DNA of 64,000 bases from an uncultured Fimbriimonadaceae bacterium. GTDB taxonomy: Bacteria > Armatimonadota > Fimbriimonadia > Fimbriimonadales > Fimbriimonadaceae. Both the position numbers and the translations under genes were made by a program. The DNA lies in NCBI GenBank assembly GCA_965652385.1, contig CBFGUV010000003.1, positions 41,411 to 105,410 on the forward strand, read 5' to 3'. Shown in pieces: positions 17,149 through 25,759 of this stretch; the first letter of the stretch is position 1; the number at the start of each line of letters is the position of its first letter. The notes under the pieces are model-generated. The model was not told the DNA's origin and made no database searches. It saw nothing but the letters and a program-made list of their open reading frames with translations.

Positions 17149-20100
17149 CTAAACGGTCCCTGCGTCGCCAGCCCTGCGTCGCACTTCGGTAAGAGCCTGA
17201 AGAATCTGATCCAGCTCTTCTCCTGGGAACAGGTCGTCGGCGCCTGTTGGGCTGATGTCGACGAAGGGTGACTCGTAGAGGCGGTGGCCATCGAGGACAC
17301 CATGGTCAGCCAAGTGATCAATGATGAGCTCAACAAACTCTATCTGAGTGCCGCTCAGACTCTGTTCGTTGATGGCCTGACTCAATGCACTCTGTGCCGC
17401 TTGTCGGTCAAGGCCAACCAGCAACCGCACGAATAGCCCGAGGTTCTCTTGCTTGGCCTGGATGAGGAGGTCGGGGGCATTTGACGCAGGCTCTCGTAAG
17501 AGGCTTTCCAGCTCATCCAGATCGGCCGAGGTCAGAGGCTCGTTCATTCGGAGCTTGATGACGGCTGGAGAGTCAAGGTGCTCCCTGAGAAAAGCCCTCG
17601 CTTTCTCCTTGAACCGCTCAAAGCTGGCCCCGCCGCGAAAGGCCGGCAGTTCGATCAACTCCTCTTCTCCCAGCTCATCCTCAAAGTCTGTGTAGACGGG
17701 GCTTCCCTTCGGATGCTGGACGATCGTTACCAGGCCACGAAGGCGCAACCGGAGCTGCTCCAGCATCGGTACTGTCACGTCCTGCCACCATTCCTCTGCC
17801 TGTGCGGCCTTGATCAGTTCGATGTGCTTGCTGATCATCGGGATCGATTTGTGTTCTTCGAGCACAGAACAGATGCCCTGCACCTGTTCACTTAACCGTT
17901 TGAATGAGGAGGCCGAAGTGAGAATCGCAAGCTGCAACCTCAAAACAAGCAGGTCAAACCTCTTCGACTCGACAGGCTCTCTTGGCGTCTCAGCGGGCAA
18001 CCCAGCGATGCTGGTTTGCAGGTTGAGATAATCCTCATCCGAAAGGTTAGTCCAGCGACTGGCGTCTTGGAACCTCTCAACCAAACGGCGTTTTGTTCGG
18101 ACAATGAAGTTGTCAGTGTTCATCGCACCAACTTCGGCATGCAGAAGCTCACGGATTGATGTCAGGACATCACTGTCTGTTTCAGGCTCATCCCCGTACT
18201 GAGCGCTGACTTCTTTCACGACCGTTGTCCCATCGCTCTCCAACAGGGCACTCATCACACGCAGACGAGCAACAAAGAGGTGCTTGCTGAGGGATGCGCC
18301 TACTGAGCCGTCCGTGGAAGGCAGATCTTGGCTGAAGAACTCCAGGTTGCTGAGATAGTCGAAAATGTAGAAGAATTCTTTGTCTTTGCCAGGCCCAAAA
18401 AGATCAGGGCACAAGCGGGTTCCACGGCCAACCATCTGCCAGAACTTGGTCTTTGAATGGACTTGTTTGAAGAAGACCAGATTGACAACTTCCGGTATGT
18501 CAATACCAGTGTCCAACATATCGACAGAAATGGCTATATGGGGGCTTTTAGAAGGATCGCTGAAACTGTCGATCAAACTCTGTGCGTAATCGTTCCGATA
18601 GTCGATGACGCGGGCAAAATGGCCCTTCTCCTTGGGGTAGTTGGCATCGAACCGCTCGGCAATGAACATGGCATGCTCATGGTTCTTGGCGAAGATGATC
18701 GTCTTACCCAGCCTGTCCCCGCCATCAAACTTCTGTCCGCGCTCCATCACATGCTTCAGAACCTTGTCAACGGTGCTCTTGTTGAACAGCCACTTGTTGA
18801 CCGCCTCTGGCTCGATTCGGCCGGCGGCCAAAACGTCTTCTGAGCGCTCCTTCCAGTCGGTTAGCTCGAACTGCTCCTTCTCCTCTTCCGAGAGATTGGC
18901 GTAAGTGATGCCTTCCCGTGGCAGCTTCAGTGGCACGCTGACGGAACGAGCGGGGACAAGGTAGCCATCCGCGACAGCCTCATCCAGCGAATAGGCATCG
19001 GTCGGTACCCCATCTTCCAGATCGAATAGACCGTATGTGTTTCGATCAACCTCATCCTTCGGTGTAGCGGTCAAGCCGACGAGGTAGCTGTCGAAGTAGT
19101 CAAAGATGGCCTTGTACTTGAGGAAGACCGAGCGGTGGGCTTCGTCAATGATGACAAGATCAAAGTGGCCCGGCCCGAAGCGGCGCTTCTCGCCCTTTGT
19201 TTCGTCAATCAGTCCGATCATCGTCGGATAGGTCGAGACGTAGATTCGCCCTTCCGCATTCTTTTCGGTCACCAAGTTTACCGGTGCGCTTTCGGGCAAA
19301 AACCTCTTGAACGCATTGACCGTTTGGTTCACAAGAGCCGTTCTATCGGCAAGGAACAGCACTCGGCGGACCCAGTTGGATCGCATCATCATGTCGGCCA
19401 GTGCGATGACTGTCCTTGTCTTCCCTGCTCCTGTCGCCATAACGAGAAGAGCTTTTCGTTGCCGGTCCTTCTCGAACGACTCGGCAATCCGCCGGATCGC
19501 CCTTGTCTGGTAGTGTCTTTCGACAATCTTAGAACTGATGTCTGCCGCGGCCAAGCTACGGCGTGACTTGCGGCGCTGGATCAGAAGTTGGAGTTCGTCC
19601 TTGGTGTAGAAGCCCTGGATGGCTCTTGGGGGATACATCGAATCATCCCAGATCCAGTGGTCGTATCCGTTTGTGTAGAAGATGATCGGCCGACGACCAA
19701 ACTCCTTCTCAAGGCAGCCGGCATACAGCTTGGCCTGCTGCTGTCCTTTTCGAGAGTCGTGGCGAGTGCATTTGGCTTCGATCAACGCAAGGGGCTTTCC
19801 GTCGTCACCCCACAGCACATAGTCAACATAGCCCTTCTCCTTGCTGTTGGGCATGCCGACCACTTCGTACTCGCGATTCTCATCGGTGATGTTCCAGCCC
19901 GCCTCTTTCAGCAGAAGGTCAATAAAGAGATCGCGGGTTTCGGCTTCTGAGTAGTTGTGGGTATCCGGCGTTGCTTCGTTGGTTGCTTTGATCGCCGCGA
20001 CTTCGGCACGGAGCTTCTTCAGCTCCTCATCCAGATTCTCCTTCTCAGCCAGAACGGAAAGGAGCCGTTCTCGCTCAGCATCCAGCTTTTTGTTCGCTTC

Positions 20101-20565
20101 CTGAAGCTGTTCATACGACTGCTTGGTGACCGTCTTAGTGACAGGCAGCTTGCTTGGATCAAAGGTGAGGCCGGGCTCTGGCTTCTCACCTTTAGCATAG
20201 GTGCGGGCGAGCCAGTAACAGACATGAAACAGCTCCCGAACCGCCGCCGTCGCATCCCCAACACTGATCTGTTTGTGGCTATGGACGGCGTGATTACCGA
20301 GGTTCTTGATCGCTCGGCATTTCTGGAAGACGGCTTGGCCAACAAGCTGCTGAAAGCTCGGCTCATGGATCAAGGCGTTGAGGTCGTTTCGGTATGGGAG
20401 TTGAAGCGATGAGTCAGCCCGATATGCCCAGGTGATGGCCAGTTCTAGTGTTCGACGGGCATAGAACGCAGCAGCACGAGGATCGGAATTCGCCAATGCC
20501 TCCGATCGGTGCGCAGGCTGATGGATTTCATTGAACTCTGACTTGAGATAGTCGAATTGCCCCAC
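17149..20565 (-). CDS. hsdR: Type I restriction enzyme R subunit with an N-terminal DUF4145-like extension
   Basis: PD-(D/E)xK nuclease motif (VDYVLWGDDGKPLALIEAKC), Walker A MATGAGKTRT, DEAH box IIDEAHRS, and an EcoEI_R_C-like tail (RLYESPF). GTG start with AAGGAGG 5 nt upstream. Confidence 0.95.
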   Translation of the reverse strand: MGQFDYLKSEFNEIHQPAHRSEALANSDPRAAAFYARRTLELAITWAYRADSSLQLPYRNDLNALIHEPSFQQLVGQAVFQKCRAIKNLGNHAVHSHKQISVGDATAAVRELFHVCYWLARTYAKGEKPEPGLTFDPSKLPVTKTVTKQSYEQLQEANKKLDAERERLLSVLAEKENLDEELKKLRAEVAAIKATNEATPDTHNYSEAETRDLFIDLLLKEAGWNITDENREYEVVGMPNSKEKGYVDYVLWGDDGKPLALIEAKCTRHDSRKGQQQAKLYAGCLEKEFGRRPIIFYTNGYDHWIWDDSMYPPRAIQGFYTKDELQLLIQRRKSRRSLAAADISSKIVERHYQTRAIRRIAESFEKDRQRKALLVMATGAGKTRTVIALADMMMRSNWVRRVLFLADRTALVNQTVNAFKRFLPESAPVNLVTEKNAEGRIYVSTYPTMIGLIDETKGEKRRFGPGHFDLVIIDEAHRSVFLKYKAIFDYFDSYLVGLTATPKDEVDRNTYGLFDLEDGVPTDAYSLDEAVADGYLVPARSVSVPLKLPREGITYANLSEEEKEQFELTDWKERSEDVLAAGRIEPEAVNKWLFNKSTVDKVLKHVMERGQKFDGGDRLGKTIIFAKNHEHAMFIAERFDANYPKEKGHFARVIDYRNDYAQSLIDSFSDPSKSPHIAISVDMLDTGIDIPEVVNLVFFKQVHSKTKFWQMVGRGTRLCPDLFGPGKDKEFFYIFDYLSNLEFFSQDLPSTDGSVGASLSKHLFVARLRVMSALLESDGTTVVKEVSAQYGDEPETDSDVLTSIRELLHAEVGAMNTDNFIVRTKRRLVERFQDASRWTNLSDEDYLNLQTSIAGLPAETPREPVESKRFDLLVLRLQLAILTSASSFKRLSEQVQGICSVLEEHKSIPMISKHIELIKAAQAEEWWQDVTVPMLEQLRLRLRGLVTIVQHPKGSPVYTDFEDELGEEELIELPAFRGGASFERFKEKARAFLREHLDSPAVIKLRMNEPLTSADLDELESLLREPASNAPDLLIQAKQENLGLFVRLLVGLDRQAAQSALSQAINEQSLSGTQIEFVELIIDHLADHGVLDGHRLYESPFVDISPTGADDLFPGEELDQILQALTEVRRRAGDAGTV

Positions 20566-20597
20566 TTGGTCCTCCTTGCTACTACTTCTGCTACCCC

Positions 20598-21428
20598 TTA
20601 GCCCAGGTATGTCTGTTCACCGTCATACGGATTTGATACATACGCTGCGAGACCGGCCAGGGCTATAGAAACGGCAATCACGTCCTTCACCTCAAGGTTT
20701 CGAATAGCATTTGCGGGAGTACCACCGTGTCGAATCCCTGGGTAGTCAGATGCAAAGCCATACATTTTCTTTAGAGAGTCCTTGACGCCTAAGTGGGGCC
20801 ACGTGCCAACCTCGTCAGCAATTGCTCCCATCGTGTTTGCGGTGACCCCAGGGCAAGCATGTCCCAGCGCTTCCAACAGATTGACTTGCTTCTGAATACA
20901 TGTCTTTAACCTTGCTTCGCTTCGATCCGTTCGCAAGTCTCGCAGGGCCGTTTCAAACTCACCAAGAAGCTGCTGCAAGTGAGCGCTTGTGCTTGCAACT
21001 GTCCGCAAGGCACTCACGTGTTTCGCGAAGAGGCCAGGAAGAGTCGGGCAAAGATGACAGGGTTGTCGCAACTCATAGCGAAGGCTAAAGTGGACCAAGA
21101 ACTCATCAAGCAGTTGAAAATAGTAGTTTGCAACTGGATCTCCCCCTAGGTCATCCAAGACTTCATGGACGCTCTCAAGGAAGCCAACCAGGGCAAGTTC
21201 ATTTTGAATCTGACTTGGCCGGATTCTTCTAAAAGCTCTCATAGCCTGGGCCGGGTTATCCGTGATATCAGCAACTTCCTGGACGCTTTTGGGAGCTACA
21301 AGCACAGGATTCAGTGCTCGAAACAGCTCGCAGTAGATATCAGGATGGACTTCGGCAAACTCTTTCGCCAACCTCGTCCACACATACTCACGCATGTCCC
21401 TCCATACCGGCAACAACTCCCCTTTCAC
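20598..21428 (-). CDS. Hypothetical protein embedded between hsdS and hsdR
   Basis: 276-aa, mostly helical-looking ORF. Its GTG start overlaps the hsdS stop (GTGA). No Walker A and no motif I can assign. The C-terminus has YPGIRHGG. Confidence 0.7.
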   Translation of the reverse strand: MKGELLPVWRDMREYVWTRLAKEFAEVHPDIYCELFRALNPVLVAPKSVQEVADITDNPAQAMRAFRRIRPSQIQNELALVGFLESVHEVLDDLGGDPVANYYFQLLDEFLVHFSLRYELRQPCHLCPTLPGLFAKHVSALRTVASTSAHLQQLLGEFETALRDLRTDRSEARLKTCIQKQVNLLEALGHACPGVTANTMGAIADEVGTWPHLGVKDSLKKMYGFASDYPGIRHGGTPANAIRNLEVKDVIAVSIALAGLAAYVSNPYDGEQTYLG

Positions 21429-22603
21429 TTACCACCTCCTAGCAATCTATGCTGTGTAGCTCTTGAGAAATTATCAAGCATCACCATATGGGATTCGCAT
21501 ATGCGTCTTGTCACCTCCCATAAGGCAATCATTTCTTCGTATTCAATTTGAGCCGCCATTGGTGGAACGGGGATCAGGAATTCTTCGATTTCCTTTTTCG
21601 TAATCGCCTCTCTGGTGGCCCCGCTTCCAGCCACCCTCAACAATCTACGCTTGGTAGACGGCAGCAGAAGCAGGTTCTCTAAGTAAATCGGTGACAACTG
21701 TTCATTACACCTGATGATGCTCACATGCTGGTTAACTCGAGCTGGCAGGACATCAGTCGGAGCCCGACAGACTCTTGCAACGCTTGCACCCGTGATATTT
21801 AAGAGAACATCGTTTGCCTCAACCGTCACACTTCGCATCTTTAGCGCTTGTTGATCATCAATGAACGCAAGGCCCTTCCTCACAAAGGCACCATCGTGAA
21901 CATTCATGCTACGTATAAGTGCAGTTCCACTGGGCACATAGGCTGATTCTCCGCCTCTTGGTGTTGATCCACTACCAATCTTGTTTGTCAAAGATTTAAG
22001 GGGCCGATGCTCCCACTTGTCCTCTTTCGATGCAGGATCACCGAATGTCTCGATGAATAGGGAGTGAGGAACCTTCCAGAGATTATCGAGCGATTCGCAG
22101 CGTTTGGCGCGGAGTTCCTCAACCTGATCCAGGATCGCCGCAATTCGCCGTTGCTCGTTAATAGGCGGGAGCGGGAACTTCAGCGATTGAAGTTTAGGCT
22201 TGTTTAGTGTCAGCCCTTTGGCTGCGCGATCCTGCCCTTGTCTATAGTCGATCTGTTGAAGTGCCCAATACAGATATTCTGGAATGAGAGATTCTGGCTT
22301 CAGGATAGGTAGCGCAGCAATGGCTTCATTCGTGCACATCGGCTTGTGTACGATTCCAACCCTTCCTAGTGATAGCTTAAAGCTGAGCAGAACAGTACCG
22401 GGTTCGACTACCTTGCACCTGCATTTCTTCACTGCAGTATCAGTAATCTTCTCCTTGGTGGCACTCAAATACTTGCCCTGACTCATATCAGAGATCGAGA
22501 GCCACGGAACTCCGCCCCCCCAGTATTCACTCTGCTTGCGGGAAGGTGTTCGTCCGATTTCGACTCGACACACTTCCCCAAGACTCACCGAAGGCCAGCT
22601 CAC
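21425..22603 (-). CDS. hsdS: Type I restriction enzyme S (specificity) subunit
   Basis: Two target-recognition halves (LGEVCRVEIGRTPSR..VPWLSISDM and LTNKIGSGSTPRGGE..LIRSMNV) are separated by conserved helices (LPPINEQRRIAAILDQVEELR and PVPPMAAQIEYEEMI). Confidence 0.9.
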   Translation of the reverse strand: MSWPSVSLGEVCRVEIGRTPSRKQSEYWGGGVPWLSISDMSQGKYLSATKEKITDTAVKKCRCKVVEPGTVLLSFKLSLGRVGIVHKPMCTNEAIAALPILKPESLIPEYLYWALQQIDYRQGQDRAAKGLTLNKPKLQSLKFPLPPINEQRRIAAILDQVEELRAKRCESLDNLWKVPHSLFIETFGDPASKEDKWEHRPLKSLTNKIGSGSTPRGGESAYVPSGTALIRSMNVHDGAFVRKGLAFIDDQQALKMRSVTVEANDVLLNITGASVARVCRAPTDVLPARVNQHVSIIRCNEQLSPIYLENLLLLPSTKRRLLRVAGSGATREAITKKEIEEFLIPVPPMAAQIEYEEMIALWEVTRRICESHMVMLDNFSRATQHRLLGGGK

Positions 22604-23499
22604 AGCTGCCCCTCATATGCCTGACCAATCAATGGCAGTACATGACTCACGTCATCAGCATTCCGAATCCTGACTTCCAGATCCCCAGTCCCCCAGTGGC
22701 CGATGGACCGGACATCCCGCATGCCATCCTTGATCTCAACCAAATCCGGATTGAGATGCAGGAAGAGGAGGAGTTCATCCCGCTTAGCAACGATTGTGGC
22801 GAAGTTGCGGGTTCGTTTGTAGGCGAAGTAGAGCTTGGTTGGCTTCTCAGAGACATCCTCGCCCTGGCTCATGATCGCATGCTTCAGCTTCTCGAAGAGC
22901 GCTTGAGTAGCCGGGCTGGCCTCCTCTAAAACCTGCGTGATCGGCTTGTCTGTGGCAGAAGACCTTGAAGAAGCGACCGTAACGCTGGGCACGACGGCGG
23001 TCTCAGTCGAAGTGATACGCTCCAGAAGAAGCTGAGTCTCTCCAAATCGCCGATACCGGACAAGGTCAATGTTGTTCGGCATCAGTTCGTAGGCCCCCAA
23101 GTCATCCCGCGTGAAGTCGGTGGCGATGCAGATGAGCCGAGTTGAGCTGTGATCTATTGAGTCGGCAGCATCCTGCCCCAGCCTCTCGAAGACGATCTTC
23201 CAGAACTCTGCCTTATGACTTCGAAGCCAGGCCATGTAGGACATGCCCTGGTTGATCACCGTCTTGCTCTTGTCAAGCTTATACTCAATCACGACCGGAA
23301 AGCCGTTCTCATCAATCCCCAGCGTATCAATCCGCCCACCCTGGCCGGTCGAGAACTCCGTGGCCACAAACTTCACCCCAAGAAGGGCCTCAAGGTTCGA
23401 TTCAAAGAAGCTCTGAACTTCACTCTCAAGTCGATATGCCGAAGGAGGACACTCACGGGCCTTGCCGCTCTCAATCGAAAAGAGTCGAAGCTCGCTCAT
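22600..23499 (-). CDS. PD-(D/E)xK (NucS/DUF91-like) nuclease-fold protein with a DUF5655-like C-terminal domain
   Basis: N-terminal ESEVQSFFESNLEALLG..GRIDTLGID..VVIEYK..INQGMSYMAWL gives the D...E-x-K...Q pattern. The C-terminal KLYFAYKR..FATIV..LLLFLHL resembles DUF5655, from memory. ATGA and GTGA overlaps on either side. Confidence 0.72.
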   Translation of the reverse strand: MSELRLFSIESGKARECPPSAYRLESEVQSFFESNLEALLGVKFVATEFSTGQGGRIDTLGIDENGFPVVIEYKLDKSKTVINQGMSYMAWLRSHKAEFWKIVFERLGQDAADSIDHSSTRLICIATDFTRDDLGAYELMPNNIDLVRYRRFGETQLLLERITSTETAVVPSVTVASSRSSATDKPITQVLEEASPATQALFEKLKHAIMSQGEDVSEKPTKLYFAYKRTRNFATIVAKRDELLLFLHLNPDLVEIKDGMRDVRSIGHWGTGDLEVRIRNADDVSHVLPLIGQAYEGQL

Positions 23500-24233
23500 A
23501 TGGATGGATCCCTAAAGAACTCGCGTGCAAGCCGCCTATGCTCAGTGATTCGACCGTATGGGTAGTCGATTTCTTCAGAATGCGCTTCACAATAATCGAG
23601 ATAGCGCGTAAGCAGTTGTTTCAGTGAGCGAAACCAGACTGGCTTCACACGATTTGACCAGTACCGCATTAGCGAGCCCGACCATGGCTTTTCCGGATAG
23701 ACTCTCGCTGACTCATGGACATATATTCCAAAAGGTCCAGTATTACGCTCACCGTGATAGGCATTTACGACCGGCGGCCCAATCAGCATTCTTGAAGCCA
23801 AGTCCATTTGGCTGGCCATAGTATTGCAGGCCGAGGCAGTGAGGTTTACACCCTCGAACACTGGTCCATAAGCTATTGAGGCACGGGCTAAGAACACTTT
23901 TCGCATATCACTACCTGCCCGGACATTTGCCAAGTGAACTCTCTCATAGATTCCTACAACCAAATCCCGAATTCTATGGATATCATCTGCTACAACAAAG
24001 AGGCCATCATTCATCGGATACAGTCCAAGGTCTTCCTGATTACTATCGATTGCAGCAGATTGAATCTTGAGGATGAAGTTGATGGCTGATGGCACTGACC
24101 TAACGAGCATCGGTCCAGTCCCCATAACGTCGATCCAGGCAACGTATCTGGGTTGAGTTTTAATGTGCCTTGTGTCAACCGTAGGAGCTGTTGGCTGTTT
24201 CGCCACAGCAATCAAAGGCGGGTCTTTCGGCAT
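23496..24233 (-). CDS. Class III nucleotidyl cyclase / GGDEF-like palm-domain protein (divergent), embedded in the R-M operon
   Basis: Ordered motifs are YVAWIDVMGTG, LYPMNDGLFVV, ARASIAYGPVFEG and MLIGPPVVNAYHGE. They parallel the cyclase motifs F.DI.GFT / IGDa.m.vF / R.GIh.GpV..G / G..VN.AaR.E. The ATG at 24233 overlaps the hsdM stop (TGATG). The track ORF extends to 24290. Confidence 0.6.
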   Translation of the reverse strand: MPKDPPLIAVAKQPTAPTVDTRHIKTQPRYVAWIDVMGTGPMLVRSVPSAINFILKIQSAAIDSNQEDLGLYPMNDGLFVVADDIHRIRDLVVGIYERVHLANVRAGSDMRKVFLARASIAYGPVFEGVNLTASACNTMASQMDLASRMLIGPPVVNAYHGERNTGPFGIYVHESARVYPEKPWSGSLMRYWSNRVKPVWFRSLKQLLTRYLDYCEAHSEEIDYPYGRITEHRRLAREFFRDPSI

Positions 24234-25759
24234 CACAGCATCGCCTCCAGTTCCTTCATTCCTTTCTGAATCTCCTCTTCCAGCTTCCACAGTTCAGCGA
24301 GAATCTCTTTGGGGTCGCGGTGTTCTATCTCTTCGTACTTGATCTCCTTGTACCGGTTGAGGCTCAGATCGTAGCCGTTCTCCGCGATCTCTGACTTCGA
24401 AACACAGAAGCTCTGGGCAGTACGCGGCCGCTCCAGCTCTTTGCCATCACGATCATCCCAGCGCATAAGGATGTCGGGGAGGTTGTTCTTCTCATGATTC
24501 TCCTCGTTGAACATGGCATCCGGACCAAGCTCACTGTCTGGCAGGAGTGGCTTTCGCTTGTCATCCAGGCTCCACCCATCGGCCCTCACGTCATAGAACC
24601 AGACATGATCCGTGCCGCCTGAGTTGGTCTTCTGGAAGAAGAGGATGGCGGTCGAGACTCCGGCATACGGCTTGAAAGCGCCACTCGGGAGACTCACAAC
24701 TGAATCAAGCTTGTGCTTCTCAACGAGCAACTCACGAAGCTCTTTGTGAGCCTTGCTGCTGCCAAAGAGAACTCCGTCCGGAACGATCACCGCCGCCCGT
24801 CCACCCGGCTTGAGGATTCGCACGAAGAGAGCCAGAAAGAGAAGCTCAGTCTTCTTGGTCTTGACGATCTTGAGCAGGTCCTTGGCGACATTCTCGTAGT
24901 CGAGCGAGCCGGCGAAGGGAGGATTGGCAAGAACGAGGGAGTAGCGATCGGCATCGGCGCTGTGCTCATCGGCCAGGGAGTCCTGATAGCTCACATCCGG
25001 ATTCTCGACACCGTGCAGAAGCATGTTCATGTTTCCGATCCGCAGCATGGTGTTGTCGAAGTCGAACCCATGAAACATGCTGTTGTGAAAGTGCTGCCGG
25101 AGCTTGTCATCACGGAGAGCTTCGGGATGGTTGGCACGAAGATACTCCCCGACAGCCACAAGGAAGCCGCACGTTCCGCAGGCTGGGTCACAGATGACAT
25201 CTTCTGGTGTCGGCTGGGTCAGCTCAACCATGAGCTCGATAATGTGACGAGGAGTTCGGAATTGTCCGTTCTGCCCCGCCGTGGCAATCTTGCTGAGCAT
25301 GTACTCGTATAGGTCGCCTTTGGTATCCCGATCTTCCAGCGGGATCTTGTCCACCATGTCCACGACCCGAGCAATGAGTGACTTCGGGATGGTGAACCGG
25401 GCATCTGCCATGTACTTGGAGAACGTGCCACCATCGCCGCCGAGCTGCTGGAGGAACGGGAAGACATGCTGGCTGATCACCTCATACATCTCTTCAGGAG
25501 CCATGTTCTTGAAGTTTTGCCAGCGCAGGTCCTGGTAGCTCCTTCCTTTGCCATCGTCGCCTTCGGGATAGAACTGGTGTTCGAGGGCTCCGCCAAACCG
25601 CTCCGCCTTGTTCTCGGCCAGCGTTTGGAGCTCATCAAGCCGCCTCAAAAAGAGGAGGTAGGTGATCTGTTCAATGACCTCAAGCGGGTTGGAAATCCCC
25701 CCTGACCAGAACGAATCCCATAGCCGATCAATCTGGTTCCGCAAATCCCCGGTGAGCAT
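24233..25759 (-). CDS. hsdM: Type I restriction enzyme M subunit (N6-adenine DNA methyltransferase)
   Basis: HsdM_N-like N-terminus, SAM motif I VICDPACGTCGF, and catalytic motif IV LANPPFAGS. Confidence 0.95.
   Translation of the reverse strand: MLTGDLRNQIDRLWDSFWSGGISNPLEVIEQITYLLFLRRLDELQTLAENKAERFGGALEHQFYPEGDDGKGRSYQDLRWQNFKNMAPEEMYEVISQHVFPFLQQLGGDGGTFSKYMADARFTIPKSLIARVVDMVDKIPLEDRDTKGDLYEYMLSKIATAGQNGQFRTPRHIIELMVELTQPTPEDVICDPACGTCGFLVAVGEYLRANHPEALRDDKLRQHFHNSMFHGFDFDNTMLRIGNMNMLLHGVENPDVSYQDSLADEHSADADRYSLVLANPPFAGSLDYENVAKDLLKIVKTKKTELLFLALFVRILKPGGRAAVIVPDGVLFGSSKAHKELRELLVEKHKLDSVVSLPSGAFKPYAGVSTAILFFQKTNSGGTDHVWFYDVRADGWSLDDKRKPLLPDSELGPDAMFNEENHEKNNLPDILMRWDDRDGKELERPRTAQSFCVSKSEIAENGYDLSLNRYKEIKYEEIEHRDPKEILAELWKLEEEIQKGMKELEAML

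Noticed and set aside
20598-21428. PrrC/RloC-type anticodon nuclease identity for the ORF between hsdS and hsdR
   Set aside because: There is no Walker A/ABC ATPase head and no R-x4-6-H HEPN motif. Only the genomic position is analogous.
22600-24233. Calling the cyclase-like and nuclease-like pair a Pycsar or CBASS system
   Set aside because: I see no CD-NTase GS...D.D motif. I also see no cNMP-binding (CAP-like), SAVED, TIR or TM effector domain. The resemblance is conceptual only, so it is reported as a possible new arrangement rather than a known system.
24234-24290. Longer start (MEAGRGDSERNEG...) for the cyclase-like ORF
   Set aside because: It would overlap hsdM by 58 nt. The internal ATG at 24233 gives the common TGATG stop/start coupling. 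The longer start is still possible, so I flag it as uncertain.
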